Assembly (NCBI GenBank): GCA_964016885.1
Contig: OZ024741.1
Location: forward strand, 365,552,001 to 365,616,000
Reading direction: 5' to 3'
From: Eledone cirrhosa
Taxonomy: Eukaryota
DNA: 64,000 bases
Positions 59,910-64,000 of the stretch are shown piece after piece. A program made the translations under genes and the position numbers. Each line of letters opens with the position of its first letter. Within the stretch, counting starts at the first letter, position 1. Below the pieces are notes generated by a model. It was not told where the DNA came from. It made no database searches and saw nothing but the letters and a program-made list of their open reading frames with translations.

Positions 59910-61790
59910 TGTTATACTTTGGGAGGGTCATGTTGCCAATAAGAAACACACGCACCAGTTGCTTTCACTTCAATTTATAATAATAAATTTATAAATTTAG
60001 GAATTTATAAATTTATGGTTGGTTGGTTGGTTCCACAACCGGATAGTTGTTTATATATAGTCATAGTTCTTTCGTCACACACTCTGTGACCTCTTCAGTG
60101 ACTGGGGACTCCTTTCTTTGTTTCAGTGCCTCTCCTTTGTTCTGTCCTACGCCATTTTGTTTCTGTGTGTGTGTTGTGTGCTCAGTCTGCGCATGCGCCA
60201 CATCCGGGTGTCTGTGTGTGTTTATGTTCATTTATTTATTTGTTTATTTACATGTTACTGGTTGGTTGTTTGTTCTATGTGTGTGTGTGTTTTCATTTTG
60301 TCCTTAATTGTAAGTTGTGATGTTGCTGTTCCACTCATATTTTCTATTTAATTTTGGTTGTAATTCTTTTATGTTTATTGCCTCTGTAATTTGTCTAAAC
60401 ATTGCGTCTTTTCTGTGTGTAGATTCTATTTTTTTATTTCTATGTTCTCTAATTTACCCTTGTGTTCTATTTTAGCATGTTGGTAGAGTACAGATAATTC
60501 TTTACTATCTTGAAGGTCTCGCCAGTGTTCATTTATCCGTTCCCCTACACTACGAGCTGTCTCACCTATGTACACTATATTTTTGTCTCTACATTGTCCT
60601 TCAGTACATCTTATGCTATACACTACATTTCTAGTTTTACAGTTAATATGGGGGCTTATTTTACAGGTTATACATTTCTTATCTATACATGAGGGTCTTT
60701 GGAAAGGGTATGTCTTGCTAATAAGTGTTTTTACGGAGGTACCTGGTCTTTCTACTATCTTAATATTGAGTTTATGTTTATTTAGGGCCCTTCTAAATTT
60801 GTAAACTAATTCACCTCTAGGGGTTGTATCGATGAACATTACACTCTGGTATTTATTGCTATCATACCATGAGTTTATTCTATTAGCCTTATTCCTAGTT
60901 CTTTCTATTCTATTCCAAAATTTGCTCCTATACAAGGGGCAGGTCCCGTTTATGTCATTATTTACCATTTTTTCCCATTTAGTTTTGGCTCCTCTATACA
61001 CTCTGATTTTATCTCTCTGATTGTAGCCAGAGAACTGCATACGGTGGATGAAGTGTTGTATGTGTCTCTCTAGTTCTTCGGGGTTGCACATGCGGGACAC
61101 GTTTCTCATCATCCGTACCAAATCCGCAATCAGTATGTTGATTTTGGTGTGATCCGAAACAGCTGAGTTTCGGTGGATCAGATATTTGTAAGTCATGGGT
61201 TTGGCATAATGGGAATGGAGGATTTGTTTTTTGTTATTAATGGTTTCTAACCTGAGCTCTGTGTCTAGTATAGGTAATCGATGGTTGGGGTGTTTGCTTG
61301 GGTAGTCTATAGTAACTCTAATACTCTGGTGGATGGAGTTAGCTATTTGCTGGATGCTTTCCATGGTGTTTTTCTCTAATTCCTGACCGTTCTAGTAGGG
61401 CTTTTTTACTACGATGTTTATATCATCAACGTAGCGGGAGTACATTATCAGGGTTAAGGGGTCTTCTAATTGTTCTTTAAGTTTAAGTTTAAGTCTACTG
61501 TCCCACCATACCATGAATAAGTTAGCTATGTCGCCTGCAATGCTAACACCAATGGCTGCTCCTTCCTCTTGGGCATATGTTTTTCCATTAAATTTGAACA
61601 TATGTTCCTTAAGGGTTAGTTTTATGCTGGCCCCTACCGCATGTGCAATCATTTTCTTCAGTTCATCGTGGTTTTCGGGTGTCCGTATGGCTCTGGTCCA
61701 CCCGTTCCATCTATCTGTGTGGGTTTTCTTGGCCATTGAGGTAATGGTAGGTGGTCTGCCTCTAGCACCGGATGACACGATTAAGAGACG
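59908..61790 (-). mobile_element. PLE family A, 5'-truncated RT + GIY-YIG copy with HHR (60059-60103)
   Basis: ORFs 61392-61778 (GARGRPPTIT, GAAIGVSIAGDIANLFM, YSRYVDD) and 60426-61364 (HYAKPM, CIDKKCITC, CKTRNVVY..C..YIGETAR) are in frame across one TAG. HHR AGTCA-CTGAAGA-G-GTCACA..TGTGAC-GAA-AGAACT-A-TGACT. Confidence 0.93.
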
Positions 61791-61803
61791 AGATGTTATA
61801 TTG

Positions 61804-61838
<35 letters not shown>

Positions 61839-62656
61839 TTGTGTTAGTGTGTATATTTATATAGATATAGGAATACGTTAGCATTTATAAACGGAATAAA
61901 ATAGGATTTGATGTAGAATATACGTGTGCATGTTTGTATGTTGTGTCAGTATCTCAGTGTTTGTGAGTATATATATGTATATATAAGTTTGTATTAATTA
62001 TCTAGTAGAATATAAATTACAGTACATATGTTTTCAGTTATACATGATATTAGTTGTCAAATAACTTTGCTGCTTTGTAATATATACTTTAACTACAAGT
62101 TCGGATTTTTTAAAATCTGTTACGAGTACTTTACAATTATTTGTAATATTTCGTATCTACTTTATTTTTTCGGATTCATTTTCCATTCCATGATTACCAA
62201 CTTTTGTTTGTGTTGTTTTTAACACTGATTTACCTAAACCTCCAACCACTGATGATTTTCCTTTCCAAAATCTATTACTTTTTGACGCTGAATATTTTTA
62301 GCACAATTTTACTCAGTTCTTAGTTTAAAAAAAGTAGATTCTCCATATGCAGACAAGATGTCTGCATCTTACATAAAGTGTTGTCGCTTTTTTATGACAA
62401 CGGATTATTTACAAGTTAGTGAGTCTCACTCATCTTCGGAGTTCTTTGATTATAATTTTATATTTTTTCGTGTACATCTTTTTATGTTACGTTGTATTTT
62501 TACAAAATGTTTGTACTTATTTCTTGCAGAAGAACATTGTAATACTAAAAATAGAATCTACATGAAAACCAACTGCATTATTCGACTCAATGAAATAACA
62601 AAATTTAGATGATACCAAGCAAGCAACAGCACTACTAACACTGTAAATACAGTATA

Positions 62657-62695
<39 letters not shown>

Positions 62696-62730
62696 ATATA
62701 TATATATGTATATATGTATATATATATGTA

Positions 62731-62773
<43 letters not shown>

Positions 62774-62776
62774 GTA

Positions 62777-62836
<60 letters not shown>

Positions 62837-63049
62837 CATATATGTATATATGTATATATGTGTATATGTATATATGTATATATGTGTACATATATATATA
62901 TAAAGAAAAAACAAAGCAATAGTATTTTTTCTATTAGTTTCTCTCATGTGAATGTGCTCTACTTTTGCGTTTCATATAAAAAAAACATAGCTGCCAAATA
63001 TTCTAACATCAAATAAATTACTCTTAAAAGAGAGATAATAGTAGAACGT

Positions 63050-64000
63050 GGGTTTCGAAAGCAATTATATATCCAAATTGAATAAGGCACCACTTAAACA
63101 TATGCTGAAGTTCTATCTAATTTCGATGTTAAATATATGGAATTAGAAGATGGACGTGTGCCAAATAAGAATGTGTAAGTTGTTTACTGCTGGAGAGAAA
63201 GACATCTGAATAAAATGGCTCGGAACTCATCTAGCATCCAGTTAAATAGTGCAAATGTTGTTACCAACGCAGGCACAGCAAACAGATTGTGGGCTACTGA
63301 TTTATTGTGCGCAGAGAATTGAGAAGACCATATTTTTCATATTCAGGTGTTACATTCCCTGGTTACTTGTTCCTTGATATAAAATCCCATCATAGGATAT
63401 ATTTTCGTCTATCCCTATGTATTAAGTATACGTAGCAATCCTCGTTAGATACCGGTGAAACCATTGATAGACATATTGCCAAATGTGTTTGTATTTTTTC
63501 TTGCTTTACATTTATCAACATTTATCCTGGTAAAACTCCATTTCTATACGATTCGAGAACGTCGTTACCAGGTCAAGCTTTTACTTCATAACAATTATAC
63601 CATTGACATAAAGTTTCAAGTCATCCAAAACGAAGCTATTTGTTAGGTTTATGTTTCTGGCCTCATGTGAACTAATTAGTATTTTTCATAAGGGTTTATT
63701 GACATTATAAATAGCCTCACAGAGGATGTCTCTTTGAAATATACCCCTGCGATACTCTATTTTTTTTTTTAGACAAGATAGTCCTCCTTCTTAGATTTAA
63801 CTTCAGGATAGTAGCACAGGAAGAAGATAAGTTCTGTATGCCTCTGGTTTTGATATCTCGAACATTAGCGAGTGGAAGGTCATCTAACATCCAAGAGTGA
63901 GGATCAGTATTGAAGGTTTTCCTGTAGCCTAGTCAGACTATAATCAAGTTTCTCCTATTTAACCGCACGTCTGAGATCGAGGTTTTGTTAATTAGGAGTT
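63050..64000 (-). pseudogene. Second, very decayed R4/Dong-type RT remnant running off the right edge
   Basis: Minus strand: LLINK...RRNL..V.L.Y.K.F..PHSWM, YRRGIFQ.D.L, LFIMSINPL, FVLDDLKLY, YIGIDENI. Confidence 0.7.

Noticed and set aside
62500-63180. Possible host exons (ttcttgcag acceptor at ~62529, gtaagt at ~63175)
   Set aside because: No convincing open frame or recognisable protein; the distal part overlaps a decayed LINE on the minus strand.

Overview
Eukaryotic, AT-rich, (TA)n/(CA)n microsatellite-saturated DNA with no recognisable host exon. The SINE families and microsatellite load suggest a coleoid cephalopod such as Octopus (inference). Almost everything is mobile-element derived: a Tx1/L1-type LINE (1-3.1 kb), two decayed R4/Dong-type LINEs, many tRNA-derived SINEs, two non-autonomous Helitrons and a hAT MITE with a perfect 8-bp TSD. 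The dominant class is Penelope-like elements (PLEs): three Naiad-type families and two other RT/GIY-YIG families, often as large foldbacks. Reading both strands by hand gives about 9 distinct type-I hammerhead ribozyme (HHR) families with roughly 25 copies, several with non-canonical cores (U3-A8, A4, C4). They sit in PLE pseudo-LTRs or in non-coding foldback/tandem units that almost always end in a (TA)n/(TG)n tract. Best candidates for something new: (i) ~525-nt circularly permuted, one-HHR-per-monomer non-coding foldback units at 37.3-39.4 kb; (ii) an in-frame UAG shared by two diverged PLE copies, possibly a readthrough or A-to-I recoding site; (iii) a 269-bp permuted repeat carrying a tRNA-like gene; (iv) apparent microsatellite targeting and microsatellite transport by PLEs. 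All structures were assigned by eye, and no database search or folding program was run.
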